Shown: one piece after another, positions 44,319 to 52,925 of the stretch
Position numbering within the stretch: position 1 is the first letter of the stretch
Layout: each line of letters starts with the position of its first letter
Source of the DNA: a virus
Lineage: Duplodnaviria; Caudoviricetes
Strand: one strand, 5' to 3'
Virus record (IMG/VR): IMGVR_UViG_3300025909_000005
DNA: 64,000 bases
Translations under genes and position numbers: made by a program
The notes under the pieces: model-generated
What the model was told of the DNA's origin: nothing
Seen by the model: only the letters and a program-made list of their open reading frames with translations
Database searches by the model: none

Positions 44319-45629
44319 ATGAATTTTGCTGAAGTCATCGCAGCCTGTGAGAACTCCACGGGTGGCGGCTCGAAGGCTGCCATCAAGGAACACCTGGCGA
44401 AGCTGGATGCACCGAGCCGGCGGCTCGCGTGGTACGCCCAGAACCCCTACGTCACCTTCTACGTGAAGAAGTTCGACAAGCCGTTCACGTATGCCGAGCA
44501 GGACCCCGAGTCGCTCGACATGTTCTTCGCACTGCTCGATCGTCTCTCGAAGCGTGAGATCACCGGCAACGCAGCCCGCGAAGCCGTTCGCGATGCGCTC
44601 GGCACGTTCACGCAGAAGACCGCCGAGTTCATCGAGCGCGTCATCGACAAGGACCTCAAGGGTGGCTTCAGCGCCGACACCTACAACAAGGTGTGGCCGA
44701 CCGACCCCGTTCCCAGCTGGGAAGAGCAGCTCGCCGAGAAGTGCGAGGAGGTCGAAGACTTCGAGAAGTACGTCACCTTTCCGTGCTGGGCGGACATCAA
44801 GTACGACGGCACCCGCCAGTTCGCGTTCGTTCGCAAGGGCCAGCCGGTCGAGTACCGCGCTCGTGGTGGCAAACCATCAGACCACCTGAACGGCCTGTTC
44901 GACGAGGACCTCCTCGCTGTTCGAGAGCAGCTCGACTACGACTTCATCGTGGACGGCGAAACGCTGTCGGCCGAGTTCGCCGGCGCGATGAACGCCAAGG
45001 GCAGCAAGAACGTGGATGCGAAGAAGAGCCTGATCTTCCGCGCCTTCTACATCATGCCGATCGCCCACTGGATCGAGCAGTCGACCACCATCACGAACGA
45101 TGAAGCCCGCGAGTTCATCGCACGCATGTTCAAGGACACCAAGACGGTTCGTCCGACGGTCGGCCGCATGGTCTCCGACTACAACGACATGATGGCCTTC
45201 TGCAACCAGGTCATCGACGACGAGACGAAGTCGAAGGCCGAGCGTGAAGGTCTGATCCTCAAGGACGGCTCGGCCGTCTACGAGTGGAAGCGGTCCTACA
45301 CGTGGGTGAAGGTCAAGCGCTTCTACGACGTTGATGCACGCATCGTCGGCTTTTACCCTGGCCGCGCCAAGAGCAGGCTCGAGAACACCGTCGGCGGGGT
45401 CAACTGCGTGGCCTTCCTCGAAGGCGGTGAACGCGTCGAGTTCAACGTCGGCTCCGGCTTCAGCGACGCGCAACGCGCCGACATGAAGGCCAACCCCGAC
45501 AAGTGGCTCAAGGGCACCCATGTCATCTCGTACCAGGAGATCACGAAGGCCAAGGGCAAGGAGCTTCGCTCCCTCCGCTTCTGCACGCTGAAGCAGGCCT
45601 TCCGCGAAGACAAGCTGGTCGAAATCTAA
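44319..45629 (+). CDS. ATP-dependent DNA ligase
   Basis: IKYDGTR, IVDGE, EGLILKD, WVKVK, C-terminal OB domain (VGSGFSD); promoter TTTACG-N17-TATAAT 44267-44295. Confidence 0.92.
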   Translation: MNFAEVIAACENSTGGGSKAAIKEHLAKLDAPSRRLAWYAQNPYVTFYVKKFDKPFTYAEQDPESLDMFFALLDRLSKREITGNAAREAVRDALGTFTQKTAEFIERVIDKDLKGGFSADTYNKVWPTDPVPSWEEQLAEKCEEVEDFEKYVTFPCWADIKYDGTRQFAFVRKGQPVEYRARGGKPSDHLNGLFDEDLLAVREQLDYDFIVDGETLSAEFAGAMNAKGSKNVDAKKSLIFRAFYIMPIAHWIEQSTTITNDEAREFIARMFKDTKTVRPTVGRMVSDYNDMMAFCNQVIDDETKSKAEREGLILKDGSAVYEWKRSYTWVKVKRFYDVDARIVGFYPGRAKSRLENTVGGVNCVAFLEGGERVEFNVGSGFSDAQRADMKANPDKWLKGTHVISYQEITKAKGKELRSLRFCTLKQAFREDKLVEI

Positions 45630-45639
45630 GGAGATTCTG

Positions 45640-45837
45640 ATGGCCCCGTACGTATGGTTCGTGATCTCGATCCTCGTCTTCTACGCCATCCTCCTCCGAT
45701 ACGCCCGTGACGTGAGCAACATTGAGTGCCCTGAGTCGCGGGACGTTCCCTTCCCCCTGATCTTTCACCTCGCGGTGCTGGTCGTCGCAGCGGTCCCCTC
45801 CTCTGTCATCGCGCTCCTCTCCGCCTACATCAACTAA
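45640..45837 (+). CDS. small membrane protein
   Basis: AAGGAG RBS; two TMs. Confidence 0.6.
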   Translation: MAPYVWFVISILVFYAILLRYARDVSNIECPESRDVPFPLIFHLAVLVVAAVPSSVIALLSAYIN

Positions 45838-45839
45838 AA

Positions 45840-46304
45840 ATGACCTTTGCAGAAATCAAAGCCCTGGGCGACAACGGCGTCACAGGCAAGGCGAACGCGT
45901 TCGTGCAGGCACTCATGTCTGCGTGGCTCGATACACAGAACATGGAAGAGCTGCTCGAGTACGCAGATGACTACGAGACCGCAGAAGAGTACCGTGAGGG
46001 TTTCCTCGAGGTCGACAGTTACTGCGACGAGAACTACCTCGAAATGTTCACTGAGCTGGACTGCATCGAGCTCAAGGACGGAACCTTCTACCTGAAGACC
46101 TACGAGTCCCAGGGAGGTGGTGAAGGTGGTGGTGAAGACGTCACCCGCGTGATCGGCGTCTCTGATGACCAGCACGTGGAGCCCTTCGCCTACGTGCGCG
46201 TCACTGGCACCTACTACTCGTACGACGGCACCACGTACAGCGAGAACCAGTACTTCGTCTTCCCGTACGAAGTGCTGGTTACGAAGTTCAAGGACCGGCC
46301 GTGA
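45840..46304 (+). CDS. acidic hypothetical protein
   Basis: 154 aa. Confidence 0.7.
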   Translation: MTFAEIKALGDNGVTGKANAFVQALMSAWLDTQNMEELLEYADDYETAEEYREGFLEVDSYCDENYLEMFTELDCIELKDGTFYLKTYESQGGGEGGGEDVTRVIGVSDDQHVEPFAYVRVTGTYYSYDGTTYSENQYFVFPYEVLVTKFKDRP

Positions 46305-46570
46305 GCCAATTCAAGAAGCAGGACGAAACGTCAAAGCAGGTTGCCTACCGCATCCTGCAGGCGCTGAATCTCTTCAAGAACGAGAAGCCTGAGATTCGTG
46401 AACGAGCTGAGCAGATCGTGATGAGCCGCGTTCAGCGGTTTCGCTCGGGTGAAGGAAACCTTGTCATTGACGGTCGAGACCTCGTTCGGGAAATTCCTGA
46501 ACCTGGGACTGAGCCAGAGATAAATACCAGTGAGGACAAACCCACTGGAGAGGATCCTGAAGCTCTATGA
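46301..46570 (+). CDS. hypothetical protein
   Basis: GTGA-coupled. Confidence 0.55.
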   Translation: MSQFKKQDETSKQVAYRILQALNLFKNEKPEIRERAEQIVMSRVQRFRSGEGNLVIDGRDLVREIPEPGTEPEINTSEDKPTGEDPEAL

Positions 46571-46751
46571 CTTCTCAGCGTACGCCGAAAGGCGAGACGC
46601 CATCCGTAAGGAACGTGCCGCTGCTGAGGCGGTCGTAGAAGCCGTCGCGCATCTCCAGGAACCGGGATCGGTACACGAGCTGAAGCAGCGAGTAAACGGG
46701 TGGTTCTCACTACACAAAGAAGCAATCCAACGCGTGGCGAACCTGTCCTAA
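46530..46751 (+). CDS. hypothetical protein, start uncertain
   Basis: TAAATA at 46521-46526 just upstream. Confidence 0.45.
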   Translation: MRTNPLERILKLYDFSAYAERRDAIRKERAAAEAVVEAVAHLQEPGSVHELKQRVNGWFSLHKEAIQRVANLS

Positions 46752-46780
46752 TGAGTCGTCCCGTATGAGGACGTGATAGA

Positions 46781-47632
46781 ATGGACAATATGAAGCCGCG
46801 TTACATTAGAGTCGTTAGCGACCTCCACCTCGAACAGTACTCGGGCAACCGCCCTGAGTTCAATCTGAAGACGTTTATTCCCGAGGATCCTCGCGATGCC
46901 GAGTCAGTTCTCGTGTTGGCTGGTGACATCGACTCTCACCCGGAAACGCTGTACCCGTTTCTTCAAGTTGCACCTACGCGGTTCATGCATGCGATTTATG
47001 TGCCTGGAAACCATGAGTTCTACGGTCACGACATGGATGAGTGGGCAAAGAACCTTCAAGCGCTGGCCGATGCGTACGCCTTTCCAAAGCTGAGTCTCTC
47101 GACGCTGGGTGTTGGCGAGCTGAAGCTAGAGAACGTCCGCTTCATCTTCACCACGTTGTGGGGAGATGGTGGCAAGTCACAATATGAACAGCTGATGGTC
47201 GGAAAGTACCTGCGTGACTTCTCCGTGATTCGTCGCAGTGGGCGTGGCTTCAAGGTGCCCGACATGATCGAGCTGCACAAGCAGCAGCGCGCAGAAGTAG
47301 AGCGTTTGTTGGGCGAACCGTTCGATGGCGTGAATGTCGTCGTCTCGCACCACATGCCCTCGTACCGCTTGTGTCATCCGCGCTTTGGCACGGATGCCAA
47401 TGGCGGTTTCGCGTCGAACATGGACCTGTTCCTGTCGCATGATACCGCGCCGCACATCTGGATTCATGGCCATACGCATGATTCCATCGACACCCGTCTA
47501 TGGAAGACCCGCGTCGTCTGCAACCCATCGGGTTACTACTTTGAGAACGATGCACGCTACAAGAACTTCAAGCCCAGGTTTCTTGACCTAGAGAACCTTA
47601 ATGAGGATCGTGAGGCGCAAGTCGATGGCTGA
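46781..47632 (+). CDS. calcineurin-like metallophosphoesterase
   Basis: SDLH, LAGD, GNHEFY, SHH, HGHTH. Confidence 0.9.
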   Translation: MDNMKPRYIRVVSDLHLEQYSGNRPEFNLKTFIPEDPRDAESVLVLAGDIDSHPETLYPFLQVAPTRFMHAIYVPGNHEFYGHDMDEWAKNLQALADAYAFPKLSLSTLGVGELKLENVRFIFTTLWGDGGKSQYEQLMVGKYLRDFSVIRRSGRGFKVPDMIELHKQQRAEVERLLGEPFDGVNVVVSHHMPSYRLCHPRFGTDANGGFASNMDLFLSHDTAPHIWIHGHTHDSIDTRLWKTRVVCNPSGYYFENDARYKNFKPRFLDLENLNEDREAQVDG

Positions 47633-48044
47633 CATCCTACAGTTCCCCACTCCCAAGAAGTCGTCCACGCCGCCGTCTATCCAGCAGCTGGCGCTGGACT
47701 GCTCTGAGGAGATCGATGGGAACTGGGAGAAGTTTGCCCGCAACAACCGGCTGAACGACTACTTCGTCCAGTCCGTCCCATCGTGGACACAACCTAGCGT
47801 CGACTATCTGTCAGACCTCAACGCGCTCTCACTGATCGAGAGCAAGATTGGTTTGAACATCGGTCTCTTCGCGCCGCAGACAATCGATGAGTCTCAAATC
47901 GGTTGGCTTGCAAACTTCAAGATCAATGGAATACCCGTCGGTACGCCCTTCATGATGTCTGAAGCGTACGCCCGGTGTTTCAATATCCTGCTTTTCCTGA
48001 AACTCCGCCGAGAGATGACCACCCTCGGCATTGAAATCTTCTGA
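47625..48044 (+). CDS. hypothetical protein
   Basis: MADILQFP start overlapping the upstream gene. Confidence 0.65.
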   Translation: MADILQFPTPKKSSTPPSIQQLALDCSEEIDGNWEKFARNNRLNDYFVQSVPSWTQPSVDYLSDLNALSLIESKIGLNIGLFAPQTIDESQIGWLANFKINGIPVGTPFMMSEAYARCFNILLFLKLRREMTTLGIEIF

Positions 48045-48050
48045 GACACC

Positions 48051-48344
48051 ATGACAACCATTTCCCTGTACGCCATCAGGCGTGATGTTGACGGCCAGTA
48101 CTTTGGCGGCTTTGATCCAACGATGAATCAAGCCCGCCTCGTAAGCTCGGCACTTGAGGCAAAGCTTTTCACCAACAAGTTCGACATCAACCTCCGTCCA
48201 GACGAGAAGATGGTAGAGGTCATCGTGACCCTTTCCGAATCGAATACACAGATCACCGCAGCTTTCAAGCCGCGCCGTCGCTCTGACCGCATCGTGGGTG
48301 CTGAAGGCGTTCCACGCGATGGAGGCCGTCGCAGCACCGACTGA
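48051..48344 (+). CDS. hypothetical protein
   Basis: 97 aa. Confidence 0.65.
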   Translation: MTTISLYAIRRDVDGQYFGGFDPTMNQARLVSSALEAKLFTNKFDINLRPDEKMVEVIVTLSESNTQITAAFKPRRRSDRIVGAEGVPRDGGRRSTD

Positions 48345-48373
48345 TGTACGTGAGCGCAGGTTCGGTGTATAAT
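48344..48373 (+). promoter_or_regulatory. early-type promoter
   Basis: ATGTAC-N18-TATAAT with CGCAGGTT in the spacer. Confidence 0.65.
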
Positions 48374-48378
48374 GAACC

Positions 48379-48582
48379 ATGACCACCGAACTTACTCCTG
48401 AATTCCAAGCCGCTCTCCGCGAGTGGCTCTCGGAAAACCTCCGCGTGCAGGTCGACATCGATCGCGGCAGCTACGGTGCTGACCCGTCGATCATCATCGG
48501 TCTCCGCTTCGGCGACGAGATCGATTCGTTCTACGAGGTGCGCGAAACGCTGCCACCTCCCGAACGCTTCGGACGAGACTGA
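48379..48582 (+). CDS. hypothetical protein
   Basis: directly after the promoter. Confidence 0.65.
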   Translation: MTTELTPEFQAALREWLSENLRVQVDIDRGSYGADPSIIIGLRFGDEIDSFYEVRETLPPPERFGRD

Positions 48583-49184
48583 TGCAAGTCTACCACTCTG
48601 AACTGAGCCTCGAGGAGGGCTTCGATGTCCTGAGCAAGGACAAGGAGTCTCGCCTCGTTCGTGGCAAGCGCGTGAGCGCTTGCTCTGGCATTCGCCTGTT
48701 CGAGTCCCTTCGCGGGCGGCCGATCCGCTGCTGGGAATGTGGGGCGCAAGCCGACCGCTGGATCGCCGAGAAGGGCCAGCGTGACCTCTACGGCGCGCCC
48801 GTCCTGAACCTCTACGGTCTGCGTGACGGCAAACTCGTCATGATCAACCGCGACCACATCATCCCCAAGTCCCTGGGCGGCGTCGACGACATTGCCAACC
48901 TCCGGCCTGCCTGTGAGGTCTGCAACGGCAGTCGTGGCAACGAAGTCACGGGAGTGGACATCCAGTTCCGCCTCGACAACCCGCACCTCATCTCTCCGCA
49001 TCGCCTGCAAGAAGGTCGGAACGGTGCGCGGCGCGCGTGGTACCGGGCTGGCATCCCGGAGTGGGAACGTCAGAAGGCAGTGGCGCCTTTCGTGGCGCTC
49101 GACCCGAACTTCATGAAGTGGATTCGTGAGAACCCACTGGAAGTTCCGACCGACAAGCACAAGCCAAAGAAGGCGGCGGCATGA
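48582..49184 (+). CDS. HNH endonuclease
   Basis: CWEC...NRDHIIPKSLGGVDDIANLRPACEVCNGSRGN. Confidence 0.85.
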   Translation: MQVYHSELSLEEGFDVLSKDKESRLVRGKRVSACSGIRLFESLRGRPIRCWECGAQADRWIAEKGQRDLYGAPVLNLYGLRDGKLVMINRDHIIPKSLGGVDDIANLRPACEVCNGSRGNEVTGVDIQFRLDNPHLISPHRLQEGRNGARRAWYRAGIPEWERQKAVAPFVALDPNFMKWIRENPLEVPTDKHKPKKAAA

Positions 49185-49528
49185 AGCGCAAGATCAATCC
49201 CGATCACGAGATGACGGGCGGTGATGCAATCGGCTGGAACCTCTTCTACAAGAAGGACAAGCCGTACATCACCGTGCGTCTGACGACGCCTGACCTCTTC
49301 CTTGCCGAGGTCAACTGGGGTGACGCCATCTACATGTTCCAGCGATGGACGAAGTTCGTTCGGAAGCCCAACTATTGGAAGGTGTACCGCCTCGGCCGCA
49401 ACGCGGGTCGAGAGGTTCTTTTCGAGGGGCTCAATCCGAATGAGATGCTTCGCCGCATCTGGAACGGTGAGTTTGGTGACTTCGCCCGCATTGATGACAG
49501 CAAGCCAGAAGACGCGACTACCCACTGA
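49181..49528 (+). CDS. hypothetical protein
   Basis: coupled 115 aa. Confidence 0.65.
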   Translation: MKRKINPDHEMTGGDAIGWNLFYKKDKPYITVRLTTPDLFLAEVNWGDAIYMFQRWTKFVRKPNYWKVYRLGRNAGREVLFEGLNPNEMLRRIWNGEFGDFARIDDSKPEDATTH

Positions 49529-49530
49529 AA

Positions 49531-49562
49531 CGCGCGGGTAATAGCATTAGTGGCTAGATAGC
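49531..49562. repeat. 32-bp exact repeat, copy 2
   Basis: identical to 16594-16625; followed by a partial third copy TAGTGGCAAGATAG. Confidence 0.9.
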
Positions 49563-49589
49563 CGCCGCACCCAGTAGTGGCAAGATAGT

Positions 49590-49618
49590 GTGTACATTTC
49601 CCAAGGTGTGGGTATAAT
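49590..49618 (+). promoter_or_regulatory. early-type promoter
   Basis: GTGTAC-N17-TATAAT. Confidence 0.75.
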
Positions 49619-49624
49619 GAACAC

Positions 49625-49918
49625 ATGAACGCAAACCTCCACATCGTCCTGAAGCACATGTCCTACGGCTGGCGCGACGACGAAATCCTGGGTCCCGTCA
49701 ACTGGGTGTCGGTTCACGAGTGCGTGCAGATGCTGATCATGGACCACAGCGGTCCGCATCAGCTCGTGCACTGCATCTACGAGCTGGAAGTCAAGGACGG
49801 CAAGACCTGGGAAGACCAGGTCGCAGGCCTCCTGAAGATCGCCACGAAGGAACGCGTTCCTGCCAAGAACCGCAAGGTCGAAGTCCAGCACCTCGACTGC
49901 GGCCCTCGTTACCGCTAA
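49625..49918 (+). CDS. hypothetical protein
   Basis: directly after the promoter. Confidence 0.7.
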   Translation: MNANLHIVLKHMSYGWRDDEILGPVNWVSVHECVQMLIMDHSGPHQLVHCIYELEVKDGKTWEDQVAGLLKIATKERVPAKNRKVEVQHLDCGPRYR

Positions 49919-49926
49919 GGAACCAC

Positions 49927-50340
49927 ATGCGCTCAGCAGTTTGCGTCCTCATCGAGGGCGAGGAGTCCGGCACCTACATCGCCGTCTCGCGCCGCAACGA
50001 CTACACCAAGTGGGGCCTGCCCGGCGGCAAGGTCGATCCAGGTGAAACGAATCTCGAAGCAGTTCAGCGCGAAACGTTCGAAGAAGTCGGTTTTCTACCG
50101 CACAAAATCTGGCTCGAACCGATCTACTCGGGACTGTGCGAAGGTGGCGAAGGTGGCGAGGACTTCTGGGTCACAACGTATGCATCGCGCTACGTACGCA
50201 TGAACCTCTCGGACCTCGTCCTCGAAGAAGGACTGCAGGTAATGTCGCTGACCCGCTCGAACCTGACCGATCCCTTGATCTGTCCGTTCGCCAAGTACAA
50301 CAGGTTCGTCTTCGCAGCCCTGGAGGCCTATCAGTCGTGA
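49927..50340 (+). CDS. Nudix hydrolase
   Basis: GLPGGKVDPGETNLEAVQRETFEEVG Nudix box. Confidence 0.9.
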   Translation: MRSAVCVLIEGEESGTYIAVSRRNDYTKWGLPGGKVDPGETNLEAVQRETFEEVGFLPHKIWLEPIYSGLCEGGEGGEDFWVTTYASRYVRMNLSDLVLEEGLQVMSLTRSNLTDPLICPFAKYNRFVFAALEAYQS

Positions 50341-50618
50341 GTTCGCAAGGCTCTCGTTGAGATGGTCTTGCCTTGCTCATTCATGATGTAGACGTTGCCC
50401 AAGATCGGGTACGTCTCCTGCGCGTCGCTGTTCTCCCGAATGACGATCATGACTGAGGCGTTGCCGTTGAAGTCGCTTGGATTGTAGGGGTTCGTGTAGA
50501 GCGAACCCCACTCGCCGAACTGAATCCGATCCTTCGGACCAACGGTGATGAGGGAGTAGTTCTTGCCCTCGTAAACGTCAGCCGTATCTTCGGCCGACAT
50601 CATCTTGATGTAAAGCAT
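50331..50618 (-). CDS. hypothetical late protein
   Basis: TAGGA RBS; TAAATA on the - strand at 50660-50665. Confidence 0.7.
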   Translation of the reverse strand: MLYIKMMSAEDTADVYEGKNYSLITVGPKDRIQFGEWGSLYTNPYNPSDFNGNASVMIVIRENSDAQETYPILGNVYIMNEQGKTISTRALRTHD

Positions 50619-50675
50619 GGTGAGTCCTAGTAGTTGTGGTGTTGCCATCTCTGGCTCACTATTTACCAGGCCATC

Positions 50676-50730
50676 AACCTGCGAGGTGTCCTGATCAAAC
50701 CAACACCTCCGGTGACCTTCGAACTATAAT
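50676..50730 (+). promoter_or_regulatory. promoter with upstream AACCTGCG motif
   Basis: AACCTGCG 50676-50683, AGGTGT/ACACCT inverted repeat, TATAAT 50725-50730. Confidence 0.55.
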
Positions 50731-50756
50731 GAATGACCTAACAGAAGGACAGTGAC

Positions 50757-52154
50757 ATGACAGAAGAAATCATCATCGTGGATGACGGCACAGCTGTGGC
50801 CGAGCGCATCAGGGAACTCATCGCTGAAGCAGTGGCAGACGGCCGCAAGCTCGTCACTGTTCGTACCATCGACGCGATCAACGACATCCCCGGTGCCGAC
50901 CTCATCAAGGTCGCACAGATCGAGGGCTGGCAGGTCGTCGTGAAGGCCGGCGAGTTCAACGTCGGAGACCCGTGCGTCTTCTTCGAGGTCGACGCGTTCC
51001 TGCAGCTGAGTGACCCGCGCTTCGCGTTCCTTGAGAAGAACGCCATCACGTGGCACGGTATTCGTGGTGCTCGCCTCAAGACCATTCGCCTGCGCAAGCA
51101 GCTGTCGCAGGGTCTCGCGCTGCCGCTGAAGGACTTCCCAGAGATCATCGCTGAGTGGGACCGTCTCTGCAACGAGCCGGGCGTGAAGGCCGCCAACACG
51201 ACCATTCGTGACGTGAACTTCACTGGCGTCGTTGGCGTCATGAAGTGGGAGAAGATCATGAGCGCCCAGCTGGCTGGTCAGGCTCGTGGCAACTTCCCAT
51301 CCTTCATCCAGAAGTCGGACCAGGAGCGTGCGCAGAACATGGGCGACCGCATCTTCAGCTACGACGAGCAGCTGCGTCCAGTCGACATCAGCGGCATCTC
51401 GATGGAGCAGCTGACCCTCGCCTTCGACGCGAAGCGTATCATCGAGAAGAACGGCCAGTACTTCACGGTCGTGCCGCCGCGTGCCTCACGTGAGACGCGC
51501 TACGACATCACCATCAAGCTCGATGGCAGCTCCATGACGATGTACTGCCGCCTGCCGGACAGCGAAGGTGACATGCTCATCAAGGATGCCGAAGGCAACG
51601 TCATCGGCAACGGCGTGCAGTCAGGCGTCTGCTCTCGCAACCTCGACCTCAAGATCGAGGGCAACGAAGGCAACTCGTTCGTCGACATGGCGCAGAGCGG
51701 CATGCTCGATCAGCTGGTCGAGTACTGCAAGCGGACTGGTCGCAGCCTCGCGCTGCAGGGCGAGCTCATGGGTCCTGGCATTCAGGGCAACCGTGAAGGC
51801 CTGACTGAGAACAAGTTCTTCCTCTACAACATCTTCAACATCAACACGGGCGTCTACCTCGCTCCTGAAGAACGTTACAAGGTGCTGGCAGAGATCAACG
51901 CCCTCGCAGATGAAGGCATCGACCCGCGCTTCAAGTACATCGCGCACGTGCCGGTTCTCTTCCCGACCGAGCGGTTCGGGGATAACGGCATGAGCCTTGC
52001 TGAACTTGGCATCACCGACATGGCATCGCTGCTGAAGTTCGCCGAAGGCAAGTCACTGCACAACGCCGTGCGTGAAGGTCTCGTCTTCAAGGCGTACGAC
52101 GGCACGCACCAGTTCAAGGTGATCAGCAACCTCTACCTCGAACAGGAGAAGTAA
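50757..52154 (+). CDS. RNA ligase, DRB0094/Rnl5-like family
   Basis: N-terminal IPGADLI...GWQVVV...FFEVD; IKLDGSS, QGELMGPGIQGN, EGLVFK, FKVISNLYL. Confidence 0.88.
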   Translation: MTEEIIIVDDGTAVAERIRELIAEAVADGRKLVTVRTIDAINDIPGADLIKVAQIEGWQVVVKAGEFNVGDPCVFFEVDAFLQLSDPRFAFLEKNAITWHGIRGARLKTIRLRKQLSQGLALPLKDFPEIIAEWDRLCNEPGVKAANTTIRDVNFTGVVGVMKWEKIMSAQLAGQARGNFPSFIQKSDQERAQNMGDRIFSYDEQLRPVDISGISMEQLTLAFDAKRIIEKNGQYFTVVPPRASRETRYDITIKLDGSSMTMYCRLPDSEGDMLIKDAEGNVIGNGVQSGVCSRNLDLKIEGNEGNSFVDMAQSGMLDQLVEYCKRTGRSLALQGELMGPGIQGNREGLTENKFFLYNIFNINTGVYLAPEERYKVLAEINALADEGIDPRFKYIAHVPVLFPTERFGDNGMSLAELGITDMASLLKFAEGKSLHNAVREGLVFKAYDGTHQFKVISNLYLEQEK

Positions 52155-52157
52155 GTC

Positions 52158-52211
52158 AACCTGCGTTTTCATCCTGAGGTGTTGTACTGCCTCAGGATGA
52201 CGTGGTAGAAT
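52158..52211 (+). promoter_or_regulatory. promoter with AACCTGCG and a 10-bp inverted repeat
   Basis: AACCTGCG 52158-52165; CATCCTGAGG/CCTCAGGATG; TAGAAT 52206-52211. Confidence 0.55.
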
Positions 52212-52240
52212 TGCTTTATCAGATCAACACAGGAATGAAC

Positions 52241-52906
52241 ATGGGTATTCTCGACACACTCAAAGGCTCCCTCTTCGAGGATGACGGCTCGACGCCGGCA
52301 GCCCCGCAAAAGGTGGCCCCCGCCCCGGTAACGGCGGCTCCACAGGCGGCACGTGCAACGTCCACGTACACGCCGGGCCCCGTGCTCAACCAGGCCATGG
52401 TCGACAAGATCCTCAGCCAGACGATGGCGCGCAACACGGCGCTGACCGCCCTCATCAAGGCGGCAGATGCCCTCAGCGACGTCATTCCCGACCAGACGAT
52501 GCGCCTCAAGGCAGCACAGCGCACCGCTGGTGCTGGCCGCTCGGGCCAGGACATCGCTGCCGCCGTGGACATCCACCTGAACGACGTCGACATGGCGGAA
52601 CGCACGTTCTCGTCGATGGTCCAGAAGGAAGTGGACACGCAGGCCGGCGGTCTGAAGACCCAAGCGCAGGCCGCCGAGGCGACCGTATCGAACAAGCAGG
52701 CCGAGCTCCAGCGCGCACAGGACACGATCGCGCGCCTCACGCAGGAAATCGCCGACGCGCAGCACGCCGCATCTGACCTCGCCGCTCAGGCGTCGCAGAA
52801 GGAATCCGAGCTGCGCCAGTCCGAGACCGAATTCAAGGCCGCCGCACAAGCCGTGCGCGACCAGCTGAACGGTCAGAAGCAAACCATTCTCTCAACTCTC
52901 GGCTAA
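52241..52906 (+). CDS. coiled-coil protein of the envelope/ABC module
   Basis: amphipathic MGILDTLKGSLFED start; long A/Q-rich coiled coil. Confidence 0.8.
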   Translation: MGILDTLKGSLFEDDGSTPAAPQKVAPAPVTAAPQAARATSTYTPGPVLNQAMVDKILSQTMARNTALTALIKAADALSDVIPDQTMRLKAAQRTAGAGRSGQDIAAAVDIHLNDVDMAERTFSSMVQKEVDTQAGGLKTQAQAAEATVSNKQAELQRAQDTIARLTQEIADAQHAASDLAAQASQKESELRQSETEFKAAAQAVRDQLNGQKQTILSTLG

Positions 52907-52925
52907 GCCGAAAAGGAAACCAAAC

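Noticed and set aside
16594-49562. 32-bp repeat as a CRISPR repeat
   Set aside because: Only two full copies, 33 kb apart, with no spacer array or cas genes
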